From Candidatus Eiseniibacteriota bacterium (GTDB taxonomy: Bacteria; Eisenbacteria; RBG-16-71-46; CAVPCR01): a stretch of DNA of 64,000 bases. The notes under the pieces are model-generated. The model ran no database searches and was not told the origin of the DNA. It worked only from the letters and a program-made list of their open reading frames with translations. The position numbers and the translations under genes are program-made. The first letter of the stretch is position 1. Every line of letters begins with the position of its first letter. This document shows positions 47,672 through 57,303 of the stretch, one piece after another. The stretch lies in NCBI GenBank assembly GCA_963823555.1, contig CAWGMA010000001.1:1248001-1312000 (forward strand), given 5' to 3'.

Positions 47672-49501
47672 TCATCCCGATCCGGGTGCGTCGGGTCGCG
47701 CTCCGCTCGTGAGCTTCTGGTAGGTGCGCAGGAGATCGTGTCGCGACAGGATCGCGATCAGTCGATCGGGATCGTGGGGATCGACGACCACCAGATCATC
47801 CTCATCATTGGCGACGAGAAGGGTGAGCGCCTCACGCAGATCGATGTTGGGAGTGACGCGCGGCACTTCGACGCGGACCAGGTCCTGAGCGATCAGGTAG
47901 GAGCCGATCGCCTCGCGTCCGGCGACATGCAGATCGGACAGGGTGAGGAGTCCGAGCAGGCGGCCGTCCTCGTCGACGACGGCGAACGAGCTCACGCCTT
48001 CCTCGATGGCGCGTTCGGCCACCTCCTTGATGGGTGTCGCGCGGCTCACGCTGCGCGTGGGCGCTCCGGCCTGCAGGGCGTCGGAGACGTGCATGCTGGC
48101 CAGTGCTGCTGCGGCCAGCTCGCCTTGATGGGCTGGCGACTCGCTGCGCGACTGCACCTGCTCGCGATAGATGCTGGTGCGCGGCGCGAGCAGAGAGGTG
48201 ACGGTCGAGACCAGGATCAAGGGCAGGATGAGCCCGTAAGAGCCCGTCATCTCGCAGATGAGAATGACGGACGTGAGGGGCGTCTTGGCCACGCCGGCGA
48301 AGAATCCCCCCATCCCCACCAGCGCACAGGCCGCCGGCGAGGGGGCGATGCCCGGCAGCAGGGTCTGACCCACGGCACCGAAGGCGCCTCCGAGGCAGGC
48401 GCCGATGGCGAGCGAGGGCGCGAACACGCCCCCTGAACCTCCGCTCGAGATGGTGAAGGTCGTGGCGAAGATCTTCGCCATGGCGAGCGAGAGCAGGAGG
48501 AGGGGTGGGAATCGGCCATCGATCGAGTTCTGGGCGAGGCCGTAGCCGCCGCCGAGAAGAAGGTGATCATCACCGGTCCAGAGTCCGAACAGAAGCGTGA
48601 GCGCGCCCAGGCTGGCGCCGCCGATGGCGGCCCGCGCCGGGGCGGGAAGGGGGATCCGTTTGAATACGCGCTCGCCGCGGTAGAAGACGCGCACATAGAT
48701 GATCCCGACCGCGGCGCACAGGAGGCCGAGCGCCGCGAAGAACGGCAGCTCACTCGGGTGTTCGAAGCCCAGGGCGGGGATCGCGAAGAGCGGTTCGCGA
48801 TGCCCCAGCATGATGAAGGTCGAGTAGGCGACAATGGCGGCGATCACTCCGGGAAAGACCGCCGAGCCCTCGAAGTCGGGTCCCCGATAGACGACCTCGG
48901 CGGCGAACAAGGCCCCCCCGAGCGGGGCGCGGAAGATGGCGCCGATGCCACCGGCGGCGCCCGACAAGAGGAGGATCCGGCGCGCGCGCGGGCCGAGATG
49001 GAGCAGGTTTCCCATCACCGAGCCGAGTGTGCCGCCGAACTGGGCCACGGGTCCCTCACGTCCCGCCGAGCCCCCGGTGCCGAGCGTCATCATGGAGGCG
49101 AGGAGCTTGAGCGGGGCCACGCGGAAGCGAACGCGGCCGGCAGCGCGGTGGTAAGCACGGACCACGGCGTCGGTGCCGTGGCCGGTGGCTTCTGGAGCGA
49201 AGGTGAAGGTCAGCCAGGCCGAGGCCGCGGCACCGGCCGCCGGAACCAGCAGGAGAAAGAGAATCCGGGACAGCCGCCGCGCTTCGGTGGTGTGGACCGT
49301 GGAATTGAGGGCGGCTTCGGGCTGGGCGAACAGGACATCATGGGAGAAATCGAGGCCCGCCTGGAAGATCCCAGCCGCCAGTCCGATGGCGAGACCGAGC
49401 AGGCTGGCGAGCATGATCCAGCGGCCGCCCTCACGGAGATCCAGGTTGTCCGTGAACCGGCGGCCGAACGAGCGGAGGTCGGTGAACGTCGCCTGCTTCA
49501 A
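47672..49501 (-). CDS. ClC-family chloride channel/transporter with C-terminal CBS pair
   Basis: GSAGREGP, FRAPLGG, GGSGGVFAPSL, EMTG.Y, multiple TM helices, CBS motifs. Confidence 0.93.
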   Translation of the reverse strand: MKQATFTDLRSFGRRFTDNLDLREGGRWIMLASLLGLAIGLAAGIFQAGLDFSHDVLFAQPEAALNSTVHTTEARRLSRILFLLLVPAAGAAASAWLTFTFAPEATGHGTDAVVRAYHRAAGRVRFRVAPLKLLASMMTLGTGGSAGREGPVAQFGGTLGSVMGNLLHLGPRARRILLLSGAAGGIGAIFRAPLGGALFAAEVVYRGPDFEGSAVFPGVIAAIVAYSTFIMLGHREPLFAIPALGFEHPSELPFFAALGLLCAAVGIIYVRVFYRGERVFKRIPLPAPARAAIGGASLGALTLLFGLWTGDDHLLLGGGYGLAQNSIDGRFPPLLLLSLAMAKIFATTFTISSGGSGGVFAPSLAIGACLGGAFGAVGQTLLPGIAPSPAACALVGMGGFFAGVAKTPLTSVILICEMTGSYGLILPLILVSTVTSLLAPRTSIYREQVQSRSESPAHQGELAAAALASMHVSDALQAGAPTRSVSRATPIKEVAERAIEEGVSSFAVVDEDGRLLGLLTLSDLHVAGREAIGSYLIAQDLVRVEVPRVTPNIDLREALTLLVANDEDDLVVVDPHDPDRLIAILSRHDLLRTYQKLTSGARPDAPGSG

Positions 49502-50949
49502 CGAAGCTCCCAGGGGAACTCGTTCCCTTCGGACGCCAGGCCCCCCGACAGGGCGACCGGCTCCGTGGCCTCGAGGTCACGCAGGATGGCGGCGCCCCAC
49601 TCGTTGGCGGTTCCGGTCTGGACGCGCCTGAGGAGCCTGGCGTGGCGATCGCGGCGCTCCTCCACGGACATCGCGAGCGCTCGGGCGATACCCCGCGCGA
49701 CATCGACGGGAACGTAGGGGTTGACGATCAAGGCTTCCTTGAGCTCCTCCGCGGCCCCCGCGCAGCGACTCAAGACAAGGACTCCCGGGTCCATTGGATC
49801 CTGGGCGGCGACATACTCCTTGGCGACGAGGTTCATGCCGTCGCGGAGCGGCGTGACGAGACCGACGTCGCTGCGCCGGTAGAGACCGGCCAGGAATCGG
49901 CGCGGGTAGTTGCGGTACAGGTAGCGGATCGGGGTCCAGTCGGTCTCCGCCAGCTCCCCGTTCACGCGCCCGAGAACGGCTTCCACACGGCGTCTTTGCT
50001 CGACGTACTCGGGGACCTGGGTGCGGCTCGGTGAGGCGATCTGGACCAGGATGACGCGGCGGCGCCACGCCTCGTACTTGCGCAGGAACTCCTCGAAGGC
50101 CGTGAACCGCTCCGGTATGCCCTTCGTGTAGTCGAGTCGGTCGACGGCCAGCACGATGCGGCGGCGGCGCGAGGAGGTCGTGGTGACGGTTCGCCACGGC
50201 ATCGCGTCCGCCTCGGGCCGCGGCGCGAAATCGGCGGGCTCGATGCCCACCGGGTACGTGCCCGCACGTTGGCTGCGCTCGCCCACGGTCACGGTCGTGC
50301 CATCCCAGCGAGCCCCGAACTCGCGCCGGCAGCAGGTGATGTAGTTCTCGAGGAAACTCTGAACGTGGAATCCGACGAGGTCATACTCGAGCAGGGCGCC
50401 AAGGAAGTCGCGAGGATCGGGCAAAAGTCGCCACAGGTCGTGAGGTGGGAACGGCGTGTGCAGGAAGAAGCCGATCCGCCCCTGCCATCCGAGGTGTCGG
50501 AGCTCCCGCCCGAGCAGCAGGAGGTGATAATCATGGACCCAGATGAGGTCGTCTGCGGCGAGTAGCGGGAAGAGAGCGCGCGCGAAACGGCTCTGCACGC
50601 GTCGGTAGCAGGCTTCCTGCCGCGGGGTGATCCGGACCCGGCCCTGGAAGCAGTGGAACAGCGGCCATAGAGTGCGGTTGCAGAATCCCGCGTAGTAATC
50701 GTCCACCTCCGCCTGGGTGAGGGCGAGCCCGGCGAACTTGACCCCGAGCGCGGACCGTGTGGTGACCCGAGTCTCGCGCCCCGGCTCCGCGACGCGACCG
50801 CTCCACCCGAACCAGTAGCTTCCAGGGAAACGGCGCAGGGCCGCGAACACGGCGCTGGCCAGTCCGCCCACCGGGACCTCCGGTTCGCCGATCGAGCCCG
50901 ACTTCTGCACGCTCGGCAAGCGATTGGATACGGCAACCAACCTGGTCAT
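49498..50949 (-). CDS. otsA: trehalose-6-phosphate synthase (GT20)
   Basis: [56 protein letters not shown]. Confidence 0.96.
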   Translation of the reverse strand: MTRLVAVSNRLPSVQKSGSIGEPEVPVGGLASAVFAALRRFPGSYWFGWSGRVAEPGRETRVTTRSALGVKFAGLALTQAEVDDYYAGFCNRTLWPLFHCFQGRVRITPRQEACYRRVQSRFARALFPLLAADDLIWVHDYHLLLLGRELRHLGWQGRIGFFLHTPFPPHDLWRLLPDPRDFLGALLEYDLVGFHVQSFLENYITCCRREFGARWDGTTVTVGERSQRAGTYPVGIEPADFAPRPEADAMPWRTVTTTSSRRRRIVLAVDRLDYTKGIPERFTAFEEFLRKYEAWRRRVILVQIASPSRTQVPEYVEQRRRVEAVLGRVNGELAETDWTPIRYLYRNYPRRFLAGLYRRSDVGLVTPLRDGMNLVAKEYVAAQDPMDPGVLVLSRCAGAAEELKEALIVNPYVPVDVARGIARALAMSVEERRDRHARLLRRVQTGTANEWGAAILRDLEATEPVALSGGLASEGNEFPWELR

Positions 50950-51761
50950 GGCGCCGTGCTCCCGGGTGTATCGACGACATGGAACCACTTCTCCAGGAAG
51001 TCGGCGACGGCCTCGATCGAGGGCAGACGGGCGGTGGCCAGAGAGGGGCGCGGTTCTTCCGCGACCAGGATGCCAAGACCGTTGCCCGCGATGGCGCGAA
51101 AGGCGTCCTCGTCCGTCGAGTCATCCCCCACGTAGACCGGGTACACGTCGGGTTCCGCGGCCGCGATCAGATCATGGACCGCTGTTTCCTTGGTCCGCTC
51201 GGTGCAAGCCAGCTCGATGCCGCCATCGGCCATGAGGAGCCGAAGCCCGGAATCCTGGGCCAGGGGTCGCCAGCGCGCGCTCAGGGCGCGCGCGCTCGCT
51301 TCGGCCTCCGCCCGGGGCATGCCGCGGGTGTGGAACATGATGGCCGAGCGCTTGGGCTCGAGACGGGGGCCGAGGCCGAGGGCAACCGCTTGCTCGGCGG
51401 CTCGGGCCAAGGCCGCTTCGGCGCCGGCTGGGAGCGGTCGCTGGATGAGCTCATGAGGCGGATGCCGCTCCTCCCAGCCGTGCTCGCCGACCAGAGTCAC
51501 CGGGAGCGGGCCGAGGAGCGTCTCGATCTCCGCGAGCGGGCGGCCGGAGACGATGGCCACCGCCGTTGCCTTTCGCACCACGATCTGTTTGAGCGCGGCC
51601 AGGGCTCGCGGGTGGGGGAGCGCGCGGCGACGATCGGGATGGAAGGGAGCGAGCGTCCCATCGTAGTCGAGCATCAGCAAGCGATGACGGGCTGTTGCTG
51701 CCTCCTGCCAGAGCCGGGGGGGAAGCTCGCCGAGCCCGAGGGTCAGATCGTGGACGGCCAT
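50946..51761 (-). CDS. otsB: trehalose-6-phosphate phosphatase (HAD)
   Basis: LDYDGTLAP, IVSGR, GEHG, YVGDDSTDEDAF. Confidence 0.93.
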   Translation of the reverse strand: MAVHDLTLGLGELPPRLWQEAATARHRLLMLDYDGTLAPFHPDRRRALPHPRALAALKQIVVRKATAVAIVSGRPLAEIETLLGPLPVTLVGEHGWEERHPPHELIQRPLPAGAEAALARAAEQAVALGLGPRLEPKRSAIMFHTRGMPRAEAEASARALSARWRPLAQDSGLRLLMADGGIELACTERTKETAVHDLIAAAEPDVYPVYVGDDSTDEDAFRAIAGNGLGILVAEEPRPSLATARLPSIEAVADFLEKWFHVVDTPGSTAP

Positions 51762-53002
51762 CAGTAGATCTCCACGCGGTCGGACGCACCATGCCGTAAC
51801 GCGAGCATGAGGGTCAGGTATTCGCGCAGATGGCGCGTGAGAAGGAAGTTCTCACGGACCAGGGTGCGCGCCTTCTCGGCCATCTCCGCCATGATGCGCG
51901 GACGATTCAAGAGGTAGCGCATGCGCATGGCGGCGCCCTCGGGCGTGTTGACGAGAAAGCCGGTGTGGTGATTGACGACCTGGAGCGTGATGCCTCCGGT
52001 CTCGCCGCCGATCACGGGCTTGCCCTTCCACAAGGCCTCGGTCACGGTGAGCCCGAACCCCTCACGAAGCGACTTCTGCAGCACGATATCGGCGCGCCGC
52101 TGCAAGGCGTTGATGTCGCGATGCGCATCGCTGGGGAGCAGGAGAATGTGGATGTTGGGATCCCCGTCGGTGGCCTGGCGAACATCGGCCAGGACCTCCG
52201 CTCCCTCCGGATCATCGTCGGCGGCACCGCCGGCCAGCACGAGCTGGAGGGGCATGTGCTCCCGCACCATACGGTAGGCGTTGATCACGCCGACCGGGTC
52301 CTTGAAGCGGTCGAAGCGGGATACCTGGAGCGCGACCGGAACCTTGGGGTCGAGATGGAACCGCTGGGCGACGGCGGAGACCTCCTCCGGGTCGAGCGGC
52401 ATGTTCTTCTCGCTCAGAGGGTCGATGCTGGGCGCAATGAGATACTGTGGATGCTTGAGCGGCTGGACGAAATTGGCGAGCGAGAAGATGCTGGCATCGT
52501 AATCGTTGATGAACGGTCGCAGGAATTTCCAGACCGGGCGATGAGGGCGACTGACGTCGATGTGGCACCGCCAGACCCACTTGCCGCGTCGCCGGGGGAG
52601 GTGGCGGAGCAATGCGGCGGGTTGCGGGTCGTGAACGAAGACGAAATCCGCCTCCTCGAGCACCGGGCGCATGGCCTCGGCGTTGACTCGATTGACCTCG
52701 GCATAGCCCTCGAGCAAGCGGGGCGGGATGTTGACTGCAGTGCCCTGGAGTCCGTTATGAAAGCCCTTGGTCGCGGCAAAGAAGTCCTGGTTGCCCTCGA
52801 TCACTTCCCAGCTGGCGCGGAGGCCCAGCTCCTGCATCAGTGGGATCAAGCGGGCCAGGATCTCCGCCACGCCGCCGCCGCTGCGCGTCGAGTTGACATG
52901 CACGACCGACATGTCCTTGAGCGAACGCGCGAGCTTGCCGAGCTGGGCCACGGCCTCGGGGCCGGCGATCGCGGCGTAGTCGGCGAGTTGCGGCCGCTTC
53001 AT
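51761..53002 (-). CDS. treT: glycosyl-transferring trehalose synthase (GT4)
   Basis: HVNST..GGGVAEIL, HDPQP, WRCHID, PSIDPLS.KN, QVSRFD.FKD, DDPEG, QKSLREGFGLTVTEALWKG. Confidence 0.9.
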   Translation of the reverse strand: MKRPQLADYAAIAGPEAVAQLGKLARSLKDMSVVHVNSTRSGGGVAEILARLIPLMQELGLRASWEVIEGNQDFFAATKGFHNGLQGTAVNIPPRLLEGYAEVNRVNAEAMRPVLEEADFVFVHDPQPAALLRHLPRRRGKWVWRCHIDVSRPHRPVWKFLRPFINDYDASIFSLANFVQPLKHPQYLIAPSIDPLSEKNMPLDPEEVSAVAQRFHLDPKVPVALQVSRFDRFKDPVGVINAYRMVREHMPLQLVLAGGAADDDPEGAEVLADVRQATDGDPNIHILLLPSDAHRDINALQRRADIVLQKSLREGFGLTVTEALWKGKPVIGGETGGITLQVVNHHTGFLVNTPEGAAMRMRYLLNRPRIMAEMAEKARTLVRENFLLTRHLREYLTLMLALRHGASDRVEIY

Positions 53003-53688
53003 GGCTCTTGCTCCGTGTCGGGTGATGGACCCAGACCGGCCGCGGCGAAGCAGCGGGCGATGCGTTCCTTGATCTCGTTCAGCGTCCACAGCTGGAAGTC
53101 GACGTTGGAAAGGTCAGCGCGAAGCGAGTCGTAGCTGGGGCCCCAGGTGGCGAGCCAAACGGAGAAGTCATCGAGAAGAAGGGGCAGCCGGCGCCGCGCC
53201 TCGACGAAGTGGTAGAAGATGCTGCCGGTCGAGAGTTGCGGTAGGAGCTGTGCGAGCTCGGCCGGGGTCTGGGCCTGGAAACCCGTGGTGAAGATGACGA
53301 ACTGGGAGCGGAGGAAATGGAACTCCCGACCGCGCCTGGCCTGCGGGACCTCGCTGGCCTCGGCGAGGTGATCCTCGACGACATCCAGGAGCATCTGCCG
53401 CAGATCTTCGAGATCGGGGAAGTCGAGGGGATCGATGACGGCCAGGCGCTCGGCGAGAGCGGCGTCGTTCAGCTGGTCACGGGCCCAGAGGGCGAAGTCG
53501 TTGCGGAACTCGGGATCATCGAACGCCGGGCGCAGCAGCGATTCATAGAAGTGGTGGCTCAAGCTGGGAGCGGGAACGCTGGCCAGGTGATCGCGCAGTT
53601 CCCGCAGGTTCTGCGCGCTGCGGCCCGTCGAGATGATGGTGAGAGCGCAGTCCATGACCTGGAAGGGAGGAGGAGTCGAGTGGCTCAT
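52999..53688 (-). CDS. DUF5752-family protein (common TreT neighbour)
   Basis: Internally duplicated S..HHF...NDFA.W / SIFYHF...DDFS.W pattern; lies directly upstream of treT. Confidence 0.75.
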   Translation of the reverse strand: MSHSTPPPFQVMDCALTIISTGRSAQNLRELRDHLASVPAPSLSHHFYESLLRPAFDDPEFRNDFALWARDQLNDAALAERLAVIDPLDFPDLEDLRQMLLDVVEDHLAEASEVPQARRGREFHFLRSQFVIFTTGFQAQTPAELAQLLPQLSTGSIFYHFVEARRRLPLLLDDFSVWLATWGPSYDSLRADLSNVDFQLWTLNEIKERIARCFAAAGLGPSPDTEQEP

Positions 53689-54416
53689 GGTCGCCTCGCG
53701 CTTGCGGGACGCGTCCTCCGCTGCGCACTGGAATCCCGGCGCTTGGCACGAGCGCGGCTCAGCGCCACGAAGCCCGGGGCCAGAGCCGCCCCCGCGCCGG
53801 CGAGCGACGCATCGGGATCCAAGGCGGCCCGCACCGAGCAGAACCCGGAGATCGAGCCGAAGAGCAACATGGCCAGAACACGCTGGGGCGGACGTCGGTC
53901 CGCGCGGGCCAGCGGCCTGGCCAGGAGATCGGCCATGCGCTCGATGTGCCGCGACAGGACGGCGCGTAGCGGGCGCCAGCGTTGCTGGTTGAACTTGAGG
54001 AGCCCCCGGACCTGATGGAAGAGACGCAAGAGGTCGGGATTGTCGGCAAAGAACTCGACATGGCCTTCGACGATGCCGGCAACCACGGCGGCGTGGGTGC
54101 GTGCGCGGCTGGTCTTGGCCATGATCCGCTCATCGAGCGCATCGAACCCGGCATTGACGACGGCGAGGACGAGCGCGTCCTTGTCGCTGAAGTAACGGTA
54201 GAGAGTCCCCTTGGCGATTCCGGCGCGGGCGGTCAAGTCCTCAATCCGCGATTCGTACAGACCGCGCTCGCTGAACAGCTCGCGGCCCGCCTGCAGAAGC
54301 TCGCTACGTGTCAGGACCTTGCGTTGTTCCCTGCGGCCACGCGGCAAGGTCGTCGCGGTCGCAGCGTGGATTCGTGATGGCACCGTCTTGCACCCAGTGG
54401 GTCCCGTCGTGATCAA
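53685..54416 (-). CDS. TetR/AcrR family transcriptional regulator (alternative GTG start at 54383)
   Basis: LLQAGRELFSERG...IEDLTARAGIAKGTLYRYFSDKDAL helix-turn-helix. Confidence 0.92.
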   Translation of the reverse strand: MITTGPTGCKTVPSRIHAATATTLPRGRREQRKVLTRSELLQAGRELFSERGLYESRIEDLTARAGIAKGTLYRYFSDKDALVLAVVNAGFDALDERIMAKTSRARTHAAVVAGIVEGHVEFFADNPDLLRLFHQVRGLLKFNQQRWRPLRAVLSRHIERMADLLARPLARADRRPPQRVLAMLLFGSISGFCSVRAALDPDASLAGAGAALAPGFVALSRARAKRRDSSAQRRTRPASARRP

Positions 54417-54417
54417 G

Positions 54418-54469
54418 ATGACCGTCGGGTCATCTATGACTGATGGGTCATAAATGACTGCTTGGTCAT
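54418..54469. promoter_or_regulatory. three tandem palindromic operators ATGAC-N6-GTCAT
   Basis: ATGACcgtcggGTCAT (54418-54433), ATGACtgatggGTCAT (54436-54451), ATGACtgcttgGTCAT (54454-54469); 18-bp period, directly upstream of the TetR gene. Confidence 0.85.
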
Positions 54470-54473
54470 TTTG

Positions 54474-55841
54474 TCACTGGCCTGGTGGATGGTCAAGTCG
54501 CGATCGAGATCCGCCTGAGCGGCGAGCCGGAGCAAGACCCACATCGACGTCGAAGGGAAGCGAGAAGCCACGCGCGCGTCCCACTTCGTGCCCTCCGGTT
54601 GTGAGTTTGGCAATCGCTCCCGTCTCGGACTCGACGACCCAGATCCCGGCGTCCACGGGATCGACGGCGAGGCCGAGGGGATGGGAGAAGCCGCTGACCC
54701 GGACGATGAGATCGATACGCCCTCCATGCGTGGTGTAGCGCTCGATGGTGCCGCCCGCGAAGCTACCGACCCATAGATCCTCCGTGCTCTGGTGCACGGC
54801 GATGCCGAACGGCCGTGGTACGGGGGAGATGGCCTGGCTGATCCTCCCGTCTGGATGGAGGCGCAGGACGCGGTCGAGATCATAGTCGGCGATCCAGCAC
54901 GATGTGTCGGCATGGACGGCTGCGAGCTGCAGCGGCTGGCCGAAGCCGCCGACACGAAGGAGGAGAGTGCCGTCGGCGGCGACGCGCAGGACCTCGCCGC
55001 GGGTCCCGTCGGCAGCCCAGGCCGTGCCGTCGGATGGGTTGGCGGCCACGTCGGTCGGTTCCGCGAGGCCAGAGAACCGCCCCAGAACGTCGCCGCCCGG
55101 GCTCAAGTGGGTGACGCTGCTATCGCGCTCGTCCGCCACCCAGATCGTACCGTCGGCGGGCGAGACCGAGACCGCCTTCGGCACGACGAACCCTCCCACC
55201 TCCCGCACCGTGGCGCCCGCGCTGTCGAGGGCGACGATGCGCCTGTTGAAGGAGTCGGCAATCCAGACCAGTCCATCGCGTGGACTCACGGCGACCGAGT
55301 TGGGCGAGCGGAATCCGCCGCGACGGAAGGCGACGGCACGACCATCGGGTGCGACACGGACCACCTCGAACCCCCCGGTGTCGGCTACCCAGACTTGCTG
55401 TGGGCCCGGTGTCGCCACCGCGGGGCCGTCGCTCATGAGCTCGCGGCCGTCCACGAGGTGGGGGACGAGGAGGTAGGTGTACTCGCTGCCGTTGTCCAGG
55501 TCGCCATCGCGGTAAGACCCCGTGAGCGGGCCCACCGTGAAGACCATCGAGTCCCGGCCGGCCGTGCTGCGGATGAGGTGGAAGGAACCGAGATCAGGAA
55601 AGTCCTGCACATCCCATCGCAGATTCACCGCGTGGTTCTCCGCGACGGCGGTGAAGCGCCAGGGCACGCCCGCCGTCTCCGGGTTCTCAGGATCGAGTGG
55701 ATTGAGATGCTCCCGATCGCTGCAGGCGACAGCGGCGAGCAGGCCAGCGACCATGAGGGTGCAAGGGATCTGGATGCGGCTGCTGGTCCGGGGCCGCTGG
55801 CCTCGGCTGCAGTGTGCTTGAGGCCGGTTCAGAAGCGCCAT
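54474..55841 (-). CDS. lipoprotein with Fn3-like domain and NHL-repeat beta-propeller
   Basis: AVAC lipobox, NPLDP, LRW...Y.Y Fn3-like motif, repeats of P..VAV...DG..W.AD. Confidence 0.78.
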   Translation of the reverse strand: MALLNRPQAHCSRGQRPRTSSRIQIPCTLMVAGLLAAVACSDREHLNPLDPENPETAGVPWRFTAVAENHAVNLRWDVQDFPDLGSFHLIRSTAGRDSMVFTVGPLTGSYRDGDLDNGSEYTYLLVPHLVDGRELMSDGPAVATPGPQQVWVADTGGFEVVRVAPDGRAVAFRRGGFRSPNSVAVSPRDGLVWIADSFNRRIVALDSAGATVREVGGFVVPKAVSVSPADGTIWVADERDSSVTHLSPGGDVLGRFSGLAEPTDVAANPSDGTAWAADGTRGEVLRVAADGTLLLRVGGFGQPLQLAAVHADTSCWIADYDLDRVLRLHPDGRISQAISPVPRPFGIAVHQSTEDLWVGSFAGGTIERYTTHGGRIDLIVRVSGFSHPLGLAVDPVDAGIWVVESETGAIAKLTTGGHEVGRARGFSLPFDVDVGLAPARRSGGSRSRLDHPPGQ

Positions 55842-56329
55842 TGGACAGCGAGCCCTCCTCGCGTCGGCACGAGCTCGGGGAGGGGCTGGCCGGCGGCTTC
55901 GGGACGGGAGGCGTCTGCCGCCTGATCGGACGAGTCGGCTGTGAAGCCCTGATCCTCCTCGGCTGGGGCCACGAAGAAGCCGAGGTATAGCGTGGCCAGG
56001 AAGAGCGCCTCGCTGGTGACGAAGAGCACCGCAGCGCGGTTGTCGAGGTCCTCGGTTTCGCGATAGAGCGCCTGAATGCGTTCGGGATCAGCGGTGCGCT
56101 GGTATTCGTCATAGCGGCTGTTGGCCGCGCTACGGGAGACGATGGCACCGATACCGCAGGCGGCGGCGCCGCCACCCGCGGCGATGAGCAAGGCGCGGCG
56201 ATGGCGGGAGAGAAAGGACGGCCGGGGCGCGGGGGTCTGGTCCGCGTCCGGTGCGGCGTGGGCCAGCGGACCGGACGCGAGAACGGTACTGAGGAAGATT
56301 GCGACGAGGACTCGGGGCCTGGGCCCCAC
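55829..56329 (-). CDS. hypothetical membrane/secreted protein
   Basis: Signal-like N-terminus, two hydrophobic segments, C-terminal GLAVQWRF; fills the gap between rpsT and the NHL gene. Confidence 0.65.
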   Translation of the reverse strand: MGPRPRVLVAIFLSTVLASGPLAHAAPDADQTPAPRPSFLSRHRRALLIAAGGGAAACGIGAIVSRSAANSRYDEYQRTADPERIQALYRETEDLDNRAAVLFVTSEALFLATLYLGFFVAPAEEDQGFTADSSDQAADASRPEAAGQPLPELVPTRGGLAVQWRF

Positions 56330-56332
56330 GCG

Positions 56333-56593
56333 TTACTTGCTCTGCGCGGCCTTGTTCAGCCGCTTGGCGAGGCGGGACTTCTTGCGGTCAGCGCGGCCCT
56401 TGGGAATGACGCCTTTCGAAGCAGCCCGATCGAGTGCGGACATGGCGTCATTGAAGGCCGGGGCGGCCTCCGCGCCATCCGTGTTCTCCGCCATCTTGAG
56501 GACTCCCTTGAGCCGCGACTTGGTGGCGCGGTTCCGGAGGCGGGCTTTCTCGCTGGTGCGCAGGCGCTTGGTTGCCGACTTGTGATGCGGCAT
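56333..56593 (-). CDS. rpsT: 30S ribosomal protein S20
   Basis: MPHHKSATKRLRTSEKARLRNRATKSRLK...LDRAASKGVIPKGRADRKKSRLAK; 86 aa. Confidence 0.96.
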   Translation of the reverse strand: MPHHKSATKRLRTSEKARLRNRATKSRLKGVLKMAENTDGAEAAPAFNDAMSALDRAASKGVIPKGRADRKKSRLAKRLNKAAQSK

Positions 56594-56726
56594 CGGTTCG
56601 GTCTTCCTCCTCTTGGCTCGACCCGGGGGCCTGCCCCGTTCAGGTCGATGGGTTCCGGCTGGTGGTTTCGACCAGCCCCTCCTGCCGCACCCCGGGTCTC
56701 GAGCAAGGACGCGGAAAGGACCAGAG

Positions 56727-56755
56727 AATCTAGCAGGGAGGCAGAGAGCCGTCAA
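56727..56755 (-). promoter_or_regulatory. putative sigma70 promoter of rpsT
   Basis: Minus strand TTGACG-17 bp-TAGATT with extended -10 TG. Confidence 0.7.
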
Positions 56756-56844
56756 TGGGGCGCCCAGGGGCAAATGGGCAAGCGCCGCGCCGGGGAGGGG
56801 GGCTCCGCTGGCCGGGCCCCGCCTGGGCAGGGGCCGCCCCTTTC

Positions 56845-56874
56845 TTGATCGGCGGCGAGAGAGGGTGGTAGCTT
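56845..56874 (+). promoter_or_regulatory. putative sigma70 promoter of the thioesterase-xerD unit
   Basis: TTGATC-18 bp-TAGCTT with extended -10 TG; ATG starts 7 nt downstream. Confidence 0.5.
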
Positions 56875-56880
56875 GGCGCC

Positions 56881-57297
56881 ATGTCATCGCCCGTGGTGGT
56901 TGCGAGGGAGCGCGTGCGCTATGCCGAGACCGACGGTATGGGCGTGGCCTACAATTCCAACTTCCTTGTCTGGTTCGAGATCGGGCGCACATCGTACATG
57001 CGGGACATGGGGTTTCCGTACCGCGAGCTGGAGGCCGCCGGGTATTTCATGCCCGTATCCGGATTCAGGGCCGAGCTCCGCGAACCACTCGTCTACGACG
57101 ACGAGTTCGAGATCCACACCCGGGTGAGCCGGATCCGCTCCCGGCAGGTCGACTTTGTCTATGAGATCCGGCGTGATGGACGTCTGATCGCCACTGGAGA
57201 GACCAGTCACATCTGCGTCGATCGATCTCGGCGATCGCTCGCGTTGCCCCCGCAAATCCGGGCTCGGCTCCTGCCGAGCCCGGCGGCATCCGAGTAG
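56881..57297 (+). CDS. acyl-CoA thioesterase (YbgC/FadM hotdog family)
   Basis: RVRYAETDGMGVAYNSNFLVWFEIGRT, P..YDD, ATGETSH. Confidence 0.9.
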   Translation: MSSPVVVARERVRYAETDGMGVAYNSNFLVWFEIGRTSYMRDMGFPYRELEAAGYFMPVSGFRAELREPLVYDDEFEIHTRVSRIRSRQVDFVYEIRRDGRLIATGETSHICVDRSRRSLALPPQIRARLLPSPAASE

Positions 57298-57303
57298 CCG
57301 GCC

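Noticed and set aside
54418..54469. Mini-CRISPR or iteron array
   Set aside because: Units are 16-bp palindromes separated by only 2 bp, with no spacers, cas or rep genes; better explained as operators.
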